Below, piece by piece: positions 1-7,999 of a DNA stretch of 64,000 nt. The stretch's first letter is position 1, and every line of letters begins with the position of its first letter. This DNA comes from an uncultured Acidobacteriota bacterium (GTDB lineage Bacteria > Acidobacteriota > UBA6911). The stretch lies in NCBI GenBank assembly GCA_963773605.1, contig CAVZBT010000001.1, positions 130,173 to 194,172 on the forward strand. The letters run 5' to 3'. The translations under genes and the position numbers were made by a program. The notes beneath the pieces were generated by a model, which did no database searches, was not told the origin of the DNA, and was given only the letters and a program-made list of their open reading frames with translations.

Positions 1-228
1 CGCTTCGGTCTGACCACACCGAACCTGCTCGAGGCCAACGTCAACCGCACCATGATGCAGATCGCCCGGCGCACGATCGTGATCTGCGACTCGAGCAAGT
101 TCGGCCGGCGCGGGCTGTCGCTGATTGCGCCGGTCTCCGAAGTGCACAAGGTCATCACCGACAGCCGGCTCGGCAAGTCGGACCAGCGCGCCCTGAAGGA
201 AGCCGGCATCGAGGTGATCCTGGCCTGA
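1..228 (+). CDS. DeoR-family transcriptional regulator, C-terminal fragment (5' end outside window)
   Basis: Frame 1 is open from base 1 to TGA at 226-228. The translation ...RRTIVICDSSKFGRRGLSLIAPVSEVHKVITD...GIEVILA resembles the C-terminal effector domain of DeoR/GlpR repressors (motif recognition only). Confidence 0.6.
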   Translation, partial: RFGLTTPNLLEANVNRTMMQIARRTIVICDSSKFGRRGLSLIAPVSEVHKVITDSRLGKSDQRALKEAGIEVILA

Positions 229-312
229 CCCGACGTGCGCCGCGCCGGTTCCCGGGCCGTGGCTGCGGCTTCATCGGGGCGAGGCCGGACCGGCCCCACC
301 CGGGATTTCTTT

Positions 313-345
313 ATTGTTTTCTTTTCATTCGTTTTGTGTTAGTGC
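313..345 (+). promoter_or_regulatory. candidate promoter: phased T-tracts + extended -10 (TGtTAGTGC)
   Basis: AT-rich island tattgttttcttttcattcgttttgtgttagtgc sits in GC-rich DNA about 60 nt upstream of ATG 405. The same architecture recurs at 7 other gene starts in the window. Confidence 0.4.
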
Positions 346-404
346 TCGACGACAACACGCTGGGTGTCGCATGGCGCCCTTTACGGAAGGGAGTTTCTTA
401 TCGC

Positions 405-1880
405 ATGAGCAATCCAAACCATAATCAGAATCCCGACAGCCGGCCCACACGCCGCCAGTTCCTGGGGCAGACCGCCGCTGCCGTAGCATCGACCACTCTC
501 CTGAGCGGCGCCGCCGCGGCGCGGGAGAAAGGCGCCAAGTTCGTGGCGAAGTCTTCCGGACGGGTGCTGGGCGCCAACGACCGCATCAACATCGCCTTCA
601 TCGGCAACGGCATGCAGTTCCAGTCACTGCTCCGCATGTTCGGCGCGCGCAAGGAGCGGCAGAAGGACGTCGAGTTCATGGCCGTCTGCGACGTCTGGGA
701 ACCGCGGGTGAAGAATGCGCAGGAAAAGACGAAGGCGCCCAAGACCTACGCCGATTACCGCGAGGTCCTGGCCCGCCCCGACATCGACGGCGTCGTCGTC
801 GCGGTGCCGGACCACTGGCATTTCCCGATCGCGCGCGACGCCTGCGCCGCCGGCAAGGATGTCTACCTCGAGAAGCCGATGACCTACACGATCGAGGAAG
901 CCGCCGAGCTCAACGACATCGTCAACCAGTCCAAGCGCATCCTGCAGGTCGGCGGTTCCGGCCCCGCGACGCGTCTCTACTGGAAGGTCAACGACTATAT
1001 CAAAGCCGGCAAGATGGGCAAGATCTGCTGGGGGCTGATCAGTTACAACCGGAACACCCACAGCGGCATGTGGGATTACCCGATCCCGGGCATCGGCAGC
1101 GAGGCATGGCCCAACGCCGAGGTCAGTGCCAAGAACCTCGATTGGAAGACCTGGCTCGGATCCGCTCCCAAACGCCCCTTCAGCAAAGAACGTTACTTCC
1201 GCTGGAGAAAGTTCTGGGATTATTCGGGCGGCAATGCCACCGACCTGCTCTTTCACCGCCTGGGCGCCATGTCGTCCATGATCGCCTTCGATTTCCCGAC
1301 CCAGGTGGTCGGGGCCGGCGGGGTCTACGTGCAGAAGAACCGGGAAGTGCCCGACGTCTACATGACGATGGTCGAGTACCCGGGCGATTACTGCATCAAT
1401 ATGATCTCCTGCATGGCGAACGAGCAGTCGGCGCCCATCAGCGTCTACGGCAACTGGGCCACCCTCCAGATCGTGTCGCCCCAGGCGCAGGCGATGGACT
1501 CGATGGGGGACGCCCGTACCGCCGCGCCGCCCCCGGCCGCCCCCGGCGCCGCGGCCCAGCGGTCCCGCGGCCCGCGCGAACAGGCCGTGATCAAGGCCGA
1601 GCGTGAATTCCTCAAGGAGTTCAAGGACGCCAACGACGGCAAGAGCGAGGTCGTCATCGAGCCCGAAGAGAGCGACAGCCTCGGCGACAACTGGCTCAAC
1701 TGCATGCGCAGCCGCGAACTCCCCGTCTACAACGTGATGCGGGGTTACCAGGTCATGACCGCCATCAAGATGGGGGTCGAGTCCTATCGTCAGGGCAGGG
1801 CGCTGGCCTTCGACCCGAAAACCCGAAAGCTGCTCTCCAGGCCGGTCCCGCGCAAGGTGTACCTGCCTCCCGAGTCCTAG
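405..1880 (+). CDS. Gfo/Idh/MocA-family oxidoreductase, Tat-exported
   Basis: Lies in ORF 336-1880. ATG 405 is preceded by GGAAGGGAG (385-393). Twin-arginine signal TRRQFLGQTAAAVAS. Rossmann start INIAFIGNGMQ and the EKP motif (YLEKPMT) are typical of the family. Confidence 0.85.
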   Translation: MSNPNHNQNPDSRPTRRQFLGQTAAAVASTTLLSGAAAAREKGAKFVAKSSGRVLGANDRINIAFIGNGMQFQSLLRMFGARKERQKDVEFMAVCDVWEPRVKNAQEKTKAPKTYADYREVLARPDIDGVVVAVPDHWHFPIARDACAAGKDVYLEKPMTYTIEEAAELNDIVNQSKRILQVGGSGPATRLYWKVNDYIKAGKMGKICWGLISYNRNTHSGMWDYPIPGIGSEAWPNAEVSAKNLDWKTWLGSAPKRPFSKERYFRWRKFWDYSGGNATDLLFHRLGAMSSMIAFDFPTQVVGAGGVYVQKNREVPDVYMTMVEYPGDYCINMISCMANEQSAPISVYGNWATLQIVSPQAQAMDSMGDARTAAPPPAAPGAAAQRSRGPREQAVIKAEREFLKEFKDANDGKSEVVIEPEESDSLGDNWLNCMRSRELPVYNVMRGYQVMTAIKMGVESYRQGRALAFDPKTRKLLSRPVPRKVYLPPES

Positions 1881-1952
1881 TCCGCGCTGTGTCACATGGG
1901 GGCCAGGCTCGCCGTGCGGGCCTGGCCCCCTTTTCCCGCATCGGAGGGAAAC

Positions 1953-2834
1953 ATGGAAGTGAACCGCCGCGATTTCATGAAGACGGCCGCCGCGGGCGCG
2001 GTGGCTGCGGCCGGCGCGGGGAGCGCACGCGCCGCCGACGACAAAGGGTTTCCGGTCCGAGTCGGGATGACCGACTGGGACCTCGGCCAGAGGGGGGACC
2101 TGTCGAAGTTCGCCCTCGCGCGCACCATCGGGCTCGACGGCATCCAGGTGAGCCTCATCTTCCCCGAGGACGGCAGCCCGCACCTGCGCAGCCCGAAAGT
2201 CCAGGAGGAGTTCAAAAAGGCCGCGCTCGACAACGGCATCCAGATCTGCTCGCTCGCGATCGGCTCCCCGGGGAAGCTCCGCATGCCGCTCTGCACGCAT
2301 CCGGCAGCCGCCATCCTGCTGGTCGAGGCCGTCGACGTGGCCAGCAGCATCGGCACCAACGACATCCTCCTCCCAGTCCTGGGCAACAGCCACATCCACA
2401 TGGAGGACCAGAAGGAAGTCGACACCTTCGTGGCGATGATGAAGGAAGTGGCGCGGTACGCGGAGAAGGCCGGCGTGGTCGTCTCGCTCGAAGACTGGCT
2501 CTCCGCCGAAGACAACATGCGCCTGCTCGACGCGATCGGCTCTGACTACGTCGGCGTGTATTACGATCCGTCGAACGTCAAGGGGAAGGTGCATGACCCG
2601 TACGGGGAGATCAAGCTCCTTGGCAAACGCATCCACCAGACGCACGTCAAGAACGGGAAGATGCTGATGCGCCAGCAGAATCTTCTCGACTGGCCGCGGC
2701 TCGCGCAGGAGTACTACGACACCGGCTACCGGGGATGGTTCGTGCTGGAGACCACCTCCCCGTCGGGCGATGTCGTGAAGGACACCAAGGACAACCTGGA
2801 CTACGTGCGCAGTACCTTCCGCATCCCCGCGTAA
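1953..2834 (+). CDS. sugar phosphate isomerase/epimerase (xylose-isomerase-like TIM barrel), Tat-exported
   Basis: Lies in ORF 1896-2834. ATG 1953 is preceded by GGAGGGA (1943-1949). Tat signal NRRDFMKTAAAGAVAAAGAGSARA. The body resembles AP-endonuclease-2/xylose-isomerase-like TIM-barrel proteins. Confidence 0.8.
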   Translation: MEVNRRDFMKTAAAGAVAAAGAGSARAADDKGFPVRVGMTDWDLGQRGDLSKFALARTIGLDGIQVSLIFPEDGSPHLRSPKVQEEFKKAALDNGIQICSLAIGSPGKLRMPLCTHPAAAILLVEAVDVASSIGTNDILLPVLGNSHIHMEDQKEVDTFVAMMKEVARYAEKAGVVVSLEDWLSAEDNMRLLDAIGSDYVGVYYDPSNVKGKVHDPYGEIKLLGKRIHQTHVKNGKMLMRQQNLLDWPRLAQEYYDTGYRGWFVLETTSPSGDVVKDTKDNLDYVRSTFRIPA

Positions 2835-2839
2835 CGTTA

Positions 2840-2988
2840 TGGAGTGCGGCGGCTCGACGCCGCCCCGACAGCCCGCAACCCGGAGTACGGCCCCGTACTT
2901 CATACAATCCTCGGCGCAAGATGCGGAAGGACACGGTCGGCGGCGCCGAGGCGCCGCCCAGACAGCGGCGTCGAGCCGCCGCACTCCA
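2840..2988. repeat. composite GC-rich palindromic repeat (REP/MITE-like), full-length copy
   Basis: TGGAGTGCGGCGGCTCGACGCCGC (2840-2863) and its exact reverse complement GCGGCGTCGAGCCGCCGCACTCCA (2965-2988) flank an internal 9-bp-stem hairpin GGCGGCGCC-GA-GGCGCCGCC (2939-2958). The element fills the whole convergent intergenic gap 2835-2990. Confidence 0.85.
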
Positions 2989-2990
2989 TA

Positions 2991-5195
2991 TCAGAACTGC
3001 AGCATCTGGGTGAACTTGATCGCCAGGATCCGGGTGGCCCGCTCGCGGTCGAGCGTGTCGCGCACGTCGCTGTAGGTCACGTACAGGTTGCTGAGCGGGT
3101 GGTGGATCAGATCGAACCGCAGGTTGGTGTTGAACTGGTGCGCCAGCGAGTTGTACTGGATGAAGGCGTTGAAGAACATCCTCGGTGAGAAGCCGTAGTC
3201 GACCCGCAGCCCGACCAGGTGGCTGGCGAAACGCCCCCACGGCTGCCACACCCGGTTATGTGCATACGTCAAGCCGGAGGTCAGGTGTTCGTTGGCGTGC
3301 ACGGTGACCCCCGCCGTCCCGGTCCGCTTCGTCCCCGCATAGAAATCGCCCCATTCCCCTCCCAGGCTGCCGGAAATGCGCCGGCTGATGTCGGACGTGT
3401 AAAGGGTCTTCCAGTTTTGGTAGCCGTAATCCCCGCGGGGCACGACGACACGGCCACCGACGGAAAACGGCTTGGCGAGCCGCTCGAACGACCCGTCGCG
3501 CGAGACATCCAGGGTGGCGCCACTGCGGAAAATGAAGCCGACCCCGGTGCTGACGAGCCGGGTGGCGAGCGTGTTCCCCTCGTCCGTGATGTAGTCGGTG
3601 CGCAGATACGGGGCGTATTCGCGCACGCCGAACCGGTCCAGGCGCGGGTGGACGGAAAAGCCGCCGGTCGACTTCCGGATCCCGCGCCTGGGCACGAATC
3701 CCATCGCGGGGCTGAAGTTGTCCTGTATGTCGAGGAAACCGAGATCGCCGTCCCAGAGGGAACTGCGCCAGCTCGCGGCCGCCGAATAGGCGAGGTGCCG
3801 GTCTTTTCGGTCCGAGTCCAGGGTCGTCATGACCAGCCCGGACAGGTCGAGGTAACGCGCGAACTGGAAGTGCAGGTCGGTTCCGAAGAGGCGGCTGAAC
3901 TGGTTCGACCCGCGCGTCTGGCGATCGGTCACGATGAAGCCGGCGTCGGAGTTCGTCAGGAACTTCTTCCGGGCGCGCAGGACCGTGAAATCTTCGCCCG
4001 GACCGGCGTCGTTTTCGCGCGTGTGGATGTTCAGCACGCCGAAGTCCACCCCTCCCTGCAGCCGACCTGTCAGGCGCGCGCCGCCCCAGACCGGCAGCGG
4101 CGTGCCGTTGGACGCGAGCCCGACCGTCCGGCTGAAAAAAGGGATGAGGTCCAGGGTGGCGTTGCTGCCGTACGCCCCGGCGATGCCGTTGCCGCGGCGT
4201 GTGCGGCGGATCTCGAACATCGTCGCATTTTCGAGGAAAAAGGGGCGGCGCTCCGGGAAGAACAGGTCGAAGCGCGTCAGGTTGACCTGCTGCACGTCCG
4301 CGCCCACATTGGAGAAATCGGGATTCAGGGTGACGTCGAGCGTCAGCGCGTTGGCGATGCCGTACTTGAGGTCGAGTCCCGCGCCGTGGTCGACTCTCGT
4401 TTCCTTGCCCGTGCCAGCCGCCGCGCCCGGGCCGGCCGGCGTCGTGGTGAAGCCGGTTCGGCCGTACGGGGTGAGCTTCAGGTTGCGGGCCTGCGGCAAA
4501 TCGGTCAGTCCCGCCAGGGTTCCCGCCAGCGAGATCCGCGGCACGCTGAACGGGCGGGGGACGAACGACCAGAACGACTGTTCGTTCCGGTGCCGGATCC
4601 GCCTCTGGAAATTGATGCCCCAGACTTGCTCGCCGTCCTGCTGCGGGTAACGCAGGGATCTGAACGGGATCGCCACCTCCAGGAAGTAGCCGTCGTCCCG
4701 GATCGCGCCGCGGACTTCCCACACGGCGTCCCAATTCCGGTTGGACGAGCCGCCGTTGTTCGAGTACTCGAGGTCGAGCATCGCGCCGAGCGGGTTGGTC
4801 GCGAAAGCAAAGCAGTTCCTCCGGTCGTGAAACGTGTCGAGGGCGATCTCGAACGTGTCGGTGTTGTAGACGCCGAAGTCGCGGAAGTACTCGTAATACC
4901 GGATGGTCCCCGGATCCCGGACAAAGCACCAGGCGCCGAAATAGATGCGCTCGGAGTCGTAGACCACGCGCACTTCGGTTTTCTCCGAAGAAGGCTTGCG
5001 CGTGTCGGGGACCGACTGCACGAAGCCGGTGGCAGGCTCGGCGAGCCTCCACTCCCCCTCGTCCAGACGCCCGTCGAGCTTCATCGCCCCGTCCGGGACG
5101 CGCACCGCCCGCATCGCCGGGCGGTGTTCCTCCTGCGGGAACGCGGCGCACGGGAACGCCAGGATCAGGGCCAGCAGGGCGATCGGGTGGTTCAT
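2991..5195 (-). CDS. DUF5916 / CBM9-like domain outer-membrane protein
   Basis: 734-aa ORF with signal peptide MNHPIALLALILAFPCAAF. The N-terminus LDGRLDEGEWRLAEPATGFVQSVP...TEVRVVYDSERIYFGAW fits the carbohydrate-binding family 9 / DUF5916 pattern. Beta-rich body and C-terminal ...FTQMLQF are typical of outer-membrane proteins. Confidence 0.75.
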   Translation of the reverse strand: MNHPIALLALILAFPCAAFPQEEHRPAMRAVRVPDGAMKLDGRLDEGEWRLAEPATGFVQSVPDTRKPSSEKTEVRVVYDSERIYFGAWCFVRDPGTIRYYEYFRDFGVYNTDTFEIALDTFHDRRNCFAFATNPLGAMLDLEYSNNGGSSNRNWDAVWEVRGAIRDDGYFLEVAIPFRSLRYPQQDGEQVWGINFQRRIRHRNEQSFWSFVPRPFSVPRISLAGTLAGLTDLPQARNLKLTPYGRTGFTTTPAGPGAAAGTGKETRVDHGAGLDLKYGIANALTLDVTLNPDFSNVGADVQQVNLTRFDLFFPERRPFFLENATMFEIRRTRRGNGIAGAYGSNATLDLIPFFSRTVGLASNGTPLPVWGGARLTGRLQGGVDFGVLNIHTRENDAGPGEDFTVLRARKKFLTNSDAGFIVTDRQTRGSNQFSRLFGTDLHFQFARYLDLSGLVMTTLDSDRKDRHLAYSAAASWRSSLWDGDLGFLDIQDNFSPAMGFVPRRGIRKSTGGFSVHPRLDRFGVREYAPYLRTDYITDEGNTLATRLVSTGVGFIFRSGATLDVSRDGSFERLAKPFSVGGRVVVPRGDYGYQNWKTLYTSDISRRISGSLGGEWGDFYAGTKRTGTAGVTVHANEHLTSGLTYAHNRVWQPWGRFASHLVGLRVDYGFSPRMFFNAFIQYNSLAHQFNTNLRFDLIHHPLSNLYVTYSDVRDTLDRERATRILAIKFTQMLQF

Positions 5196-5204
5196 GTCGG
5201 CGCT

Positions 5205-5238
5205 ATACTAAAAAGAAAAGGATCAAAAGAAAACCAAA
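5205..5238 (-). promoter_or_regulatory. candidate promoter (T-tracts + TAGTAT) giving a leaderless or near-leaderless mRNA
   Basis: Minus strand reads ggttttcttttgatccttttctttttAGTATagcgccgacATG. The -10-like TAGTAT (5210-5205) ends 9 nt before ATG 5195, and there is no Shine-Dalgarno sequence. Confidence 0.35.
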
Positions 5239-5334
5239 TATAGACCGGGGGCGTGCCGGGCGGGGCGCTGGCCACGACCCGATGGAGCAAGAGCCGTTGG
5301 ATGAGGGGTAAACCACCGGAACGCGCTAGAGCGC

Positions 5335-5365
5335 GGGCCGCGTCGAGCCGCCGCGGCCCACTCCA
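5335..5365 (+). repeat. degenerate copy of the GC-rich palindromic repeat core
   Basis: gggccgcgtcgagccgccgcggcccactcca matches the core GCGGCGTCGAGCCGCCGC-ACTCCA with a 4-nt insertion. It lies in a divergent intergenic region. Confidence 0.55.
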
Positions 5366-5380
5366 TGGATTTGCAATTCT

Positions 5381-5418
5381 TGTTTTTGTTTTCTTTTGCC
5401 GAGCCTCTGTGCTATTAA
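5381..5418 (+). promoter_or_regulatory. candidate promoter: T-tracts + extended -10 (TGcTATTAA)
   Basis: tgtttttgttttcttttgccgagcctctgtgctattaa lies about 65 nt upstream of ATG 5483 and is a member of the shared promoter architecture. Confidence 0.4.
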
Positions 5419-5482
5419 GGAGCCACGCGACATTATGCTTGGCGTCCGACCCGCACCGTCGGAAACTCAAGGAGATATGATT

Positions 5483-6892
5483 ATGGGCGATAGTTTCGAT
5501 CGCAGGGATTTCTTGAAAGTCTCGTCTGCTTCTCTGGCCGGGATGGCGATGGCGGGTTACGGGTTGGCGGGTCAGGCCGCCGCGCAATCCGGCAAGGCCG
5601 TCAAACTGGGCTTCGTCGGAATCGGCGGGCGCGGCTCGTACCACCTCGACTGCGCGCTCGGCATGGAGGGGGTTGACGTGGTCGCCGTCTGCGACATCGA
5701 CGACAACGCGCTGTTCAAGGCGAAACGGTGGGTCGAGGAATCGGGCCGCCCGTCCCCGCACACGTACGGCGAGAGCCGGACCGCATTCCAGGCGCTGTGC
5801 GAAAAGGAGCAGCTCGACTGCGTGATCTGCTGCACCCCGTGGGAATTCCATGCCCCGGTGGCGCTCGCCGCGATGAAAAACGGCAAGAACTGCGTGAGCG
5901 AGGTGCCGATCGTCATCACGGTCGAGGAGGCGTGGCAGCTGGTCGAGATGCACGAGAAGACCGGCAAGTGGGCGACCATCGGGCTCGAGGGCTTCGGCGA
6001 CCTCACCCTCATGAACATGGTGCGCAAAGGCGTTTTCGGCGACGTCCTGCACCTTGAGGGGGGGTACGTGCACGATCTGCGCATGGTGAAGTTCAATCCG
6101 CTCGAGGAGCCGTGGCGCCTGATGCACTCGCTCAACCGCAACGGCAATCTATACCCGGACCACCCGATGGCGCGCATCATGCGGCTGGCCGACATCAACC
6201 ACGGCGACCGTTTCGACTACCTCGTCTCCATGAGCACCAAGGGGGTCATGCTGCAGAAGTACGCGGCCCTCAAGTTCGGGGAGCAGCACCCGTTCGCGAA
6301 GAAGAAGTTCGCCTCCGGGGATGTCAACGTTACCCTGTTGCACACCGAGCAGGGCAAGGTCGTCACCCTCAACCACGACACCAACACACCACACCCGCGC
6401 GAGTTCTTCCGCATGCAGGGGACCAAGGGCGTCTACCAGACCGGCGCCAGCCTGCCCCCGGCGGCACCCCCCCCGGGGCAGGCCGCGGCCGCGCGCCCGC
6501 AGGAAGGGGGCCGGCGGGGCCGGGGCGGCATGATCTACCTCGAAGGGCGGACCGCCACCGAACACATGTGGGAGGCCGCCGACAAGTACTTCGAGGAATT
6601 CGCGCACGCGTACCTGAAGGAATACAAACCGCTGCAGCGCAAGGTGGCCCTGCGCGGCCACGGCGGCGGCTCGTCGACGACGCCCGTCAACTGGGACCGG
6701 CTTATCGCTGCCCTGCGCGCCAACAAGATGACGGACTGGGACGTGTACGACTCGGTCACCAGCAGCGCCATTTCGCCCCTCACCGAAAAGTCGGTCGGCG
6801 GCGGGAGCGTCCCGGTGCAGTTCCCCGACTTCACGAAGGGAAAGTACAAGACGGCCAAACCGTTCGACGTGGCGACCACACCCATGGCCTAG
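5483..6892 (+). CDS. Gfo/Idh/MocA-family oxidoreductase (GH109-like), Tat-exported
   Basis: Lies in ORF 5396-6892. GGAG at 5471-5474 favours ATG 5483 (ATG 5477 is also possible). Tat signal DRRDFLKVSSASLAGMAMAG. Rossmann VKLGFVGIGGRGS. Confidence 0.85.
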   Translation: MGDSFDRRDFLKVSSASLAGMAMAGYGLAGQAAAQSGKAVKLGFVGIGGRGSYHLDCALGMEGVDVVAVCDIDDNALFKAKRWVEESGRPSPHTYGESRTAFQALCEKEQLDCVICCTPWEFHAPVALAAMKNGKNCVSEVPIVITVEEAWQLVEMHEKTGKWATIGLEGFGDLTLMNMVRKGVFGDVLHLEGGYVHDLRMVKFNPLEEPWRLMHSLNRNGNLYPDHPMARIMRLADINHGDRFDYLVSMSTKGVMLQKYAALKFGEQHPFAKKKFASGDVNVTLLHTEQGKVVTLNHDTNTPHPREFFRMQGTKGVYQTGASLPPAAPPPGQAAAARPQEGGRRGRGGMIYLEGRTATEHMWEAADKYFEEFAHAYLKEYKPLQRKVALRGHGGGSSTTPVNWDRLIAALRANKMTDWDVYDSVTSSAISPLTEKSVGGGSVPVQFPDFTKGKYKTAKPFDVATTPMA

Positions 6893-6966
6893 ACGACGGC
6901 GGCTCCGCGGGGACGCGCCGCGCCCCCGCGGGCCCGCTCCGGGCCCAACACAACAGAGGTGCACTT

Positions 6967-7935
6967 ATGCGATCATTGACGATGTTGACGTTCGTAGTGC
7001 TGTGCGTTCTCGCGCTGTGCCTCCCGTCCGGCACCGCGGCGGGCCCCGACGCGGCCGACGCCTTCCTGGGCCGGTGGGACATCTCGGTCCCTGCGCCCGA
7101 AGGGGGACGCGCCCGATTTTGCTGGCTCGAAGTGACCCGGGACGGATCCGCGCTCAAAGGACGCTTCAACAACGGCGGCGGGGCCCAGTTCGATCTGCCC
7201 GAGATCAGCGTCGCCAACGGCGAACTGACCTTCGCGTACCCGCAGGGACGTCCCCCCGATCAGACCAAGGCCATCTGGAAAGCTACCGCCAAGGGAGGCA
7301 AGCTCGAGGGAACGGCCGCGCTCGGTGGCAAAGAAGGACCCCGCTCATGGACAGCTGTCCACGTGCCGAAGTGGCCCGCGAACCCGCCCAAGCGCAAACC
7401 CGGAACGCCCGTAGACGTGTTCAACGGCAAGGATGTGTCCGGATGGCTCGGCCAGGTCCCCAACCGGGCTCTCGGCTGGTCGGTCAAGGACGGCATCCTT
7501 CAGAATGAGGACAAGGGCGCGAACAACATCTACAGCGAGAAGAAGTTCAACGACTTCAAGCTCGAGGTCGAGTTCAACGTGGCCGAGAAGAGTAACAGCG
7601 GCCTCTACCTCCGCGGACGCTATGAGATCCAGGTGGCGGACGGCTTCGGCCAGAAGGACCTCAACGTGCACAGCCAGGGGGCGCTGTACGGCTACGTGAT
7701 CCCGCCGGTGAACGCGTGCAAACCCGCCGGCGAATGGCAGACCTACGAAATTACCCTCATCGGCAACCGCGTCACCGTGATCATGAACGGCACCAAGATC
7801 ATGGAAAACGCGGAAGTCCCCGGGATCACGGGCGGCGCGCTGGACGCCAACGAGGCGGCCCCGGGCCCGATCATGATCCAGGGCGACCACGGCAGGGTGC
7901 AGTTCCGCAAGATCCGGGTCACCCCGCTGATATAG
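6967..7935 (+). CDS. DUF1080 (3-keto-disaccharide hydrolase-like) domain protein, secreted
   Basis: ATG 6967 follows AGAGGTG. Signal peptide MRSLTMLTFVVLCVLALCLPSGTAAG. C-terminal block KDGILQNE...FNDFKLEVEF...SNSGLYLRGRYEIQVAD...WQTYEITLIGNRVTVIMNG...IMIQGDHGRVQFRKIRV is the DUF1080 pattern. Confidence 0.85.
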   Translation: MRSLTMLTFVVLCVLALCLPSGTAAGPDAADAFLGRWDISVPAPEGGRARFCWLEVTRDGSALKGRFNNGGGAQFDLPEISVANGELTFAYPQGRPPDQTKAIWKATAKGGKLEGTAALGGKEGPRSWTAVHVPKWPANPPKRKPGTPVDVFNGKDVSGWLGQVPNRALGWSVKDGILQNEDKGANNIYSEKKFNDFKLEVEFNVAEKSNSGLYLRGRYEIQVADGFGQKDLNVHSQGALYGYVIPPVNACKPAGEWQTYEITLIGNRVTVIMNGTKIMENAEVPGITGGALDANEAAPGPIMIQGDHGRVQFRKIRVTPLI

Positions 7936-7956
7936 ATAGACGAAGGCAAAGACCGG

Positions 7957-7999
7957 CCACGGAAGACACGGTTTCGGTGTCTTCCGTGGCTTTCTTATT
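7957..7999. terminator. bidirectional intrinsic terminator hairpin
   Basis: 13-bp perfect stem CCACGGAAGACAC (7957-7969) / GTGTCTTCCGTGG (7977-7989) followed by CTTTCTTATTT. It lies between convergent reading frames. Confidence 0.7.

Noticed and set aside
624-2984. Very long antisense or out-of-frame ORFs. Examples: 624-2984(-), 3219-5243(+), 3256-5151(-), 8859-10982(-), 13548-15848(-), 16314-18446(-), 20506-23202(-), 27738-28940(-), 49354-51861(+), 59940-61673(-).
   Set aside because: They mirror well-supported genes on the other strand or frame. Their translations are Arg/Gly/Ala/Pro/His/Asp/Val-rich with no recognisable motifs. Long spurious ORFs are expected in GC-rich DNA because stop codons are AT-rich.
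2839-3075. Small ORFs translating the palindromic repeats (peptides containing GVEPPHS, ECGGSTP, RRLDAA). Examples: 2839-3075, 2844-3188, 23437-23781, 23504-23695, 25906-26310.
   Set aside because: The shared peptide strings come from the same 24-nt DNA repeat read in either orientation. The ORFs have no ribosome-binding sites and differ completely outside the repeat.
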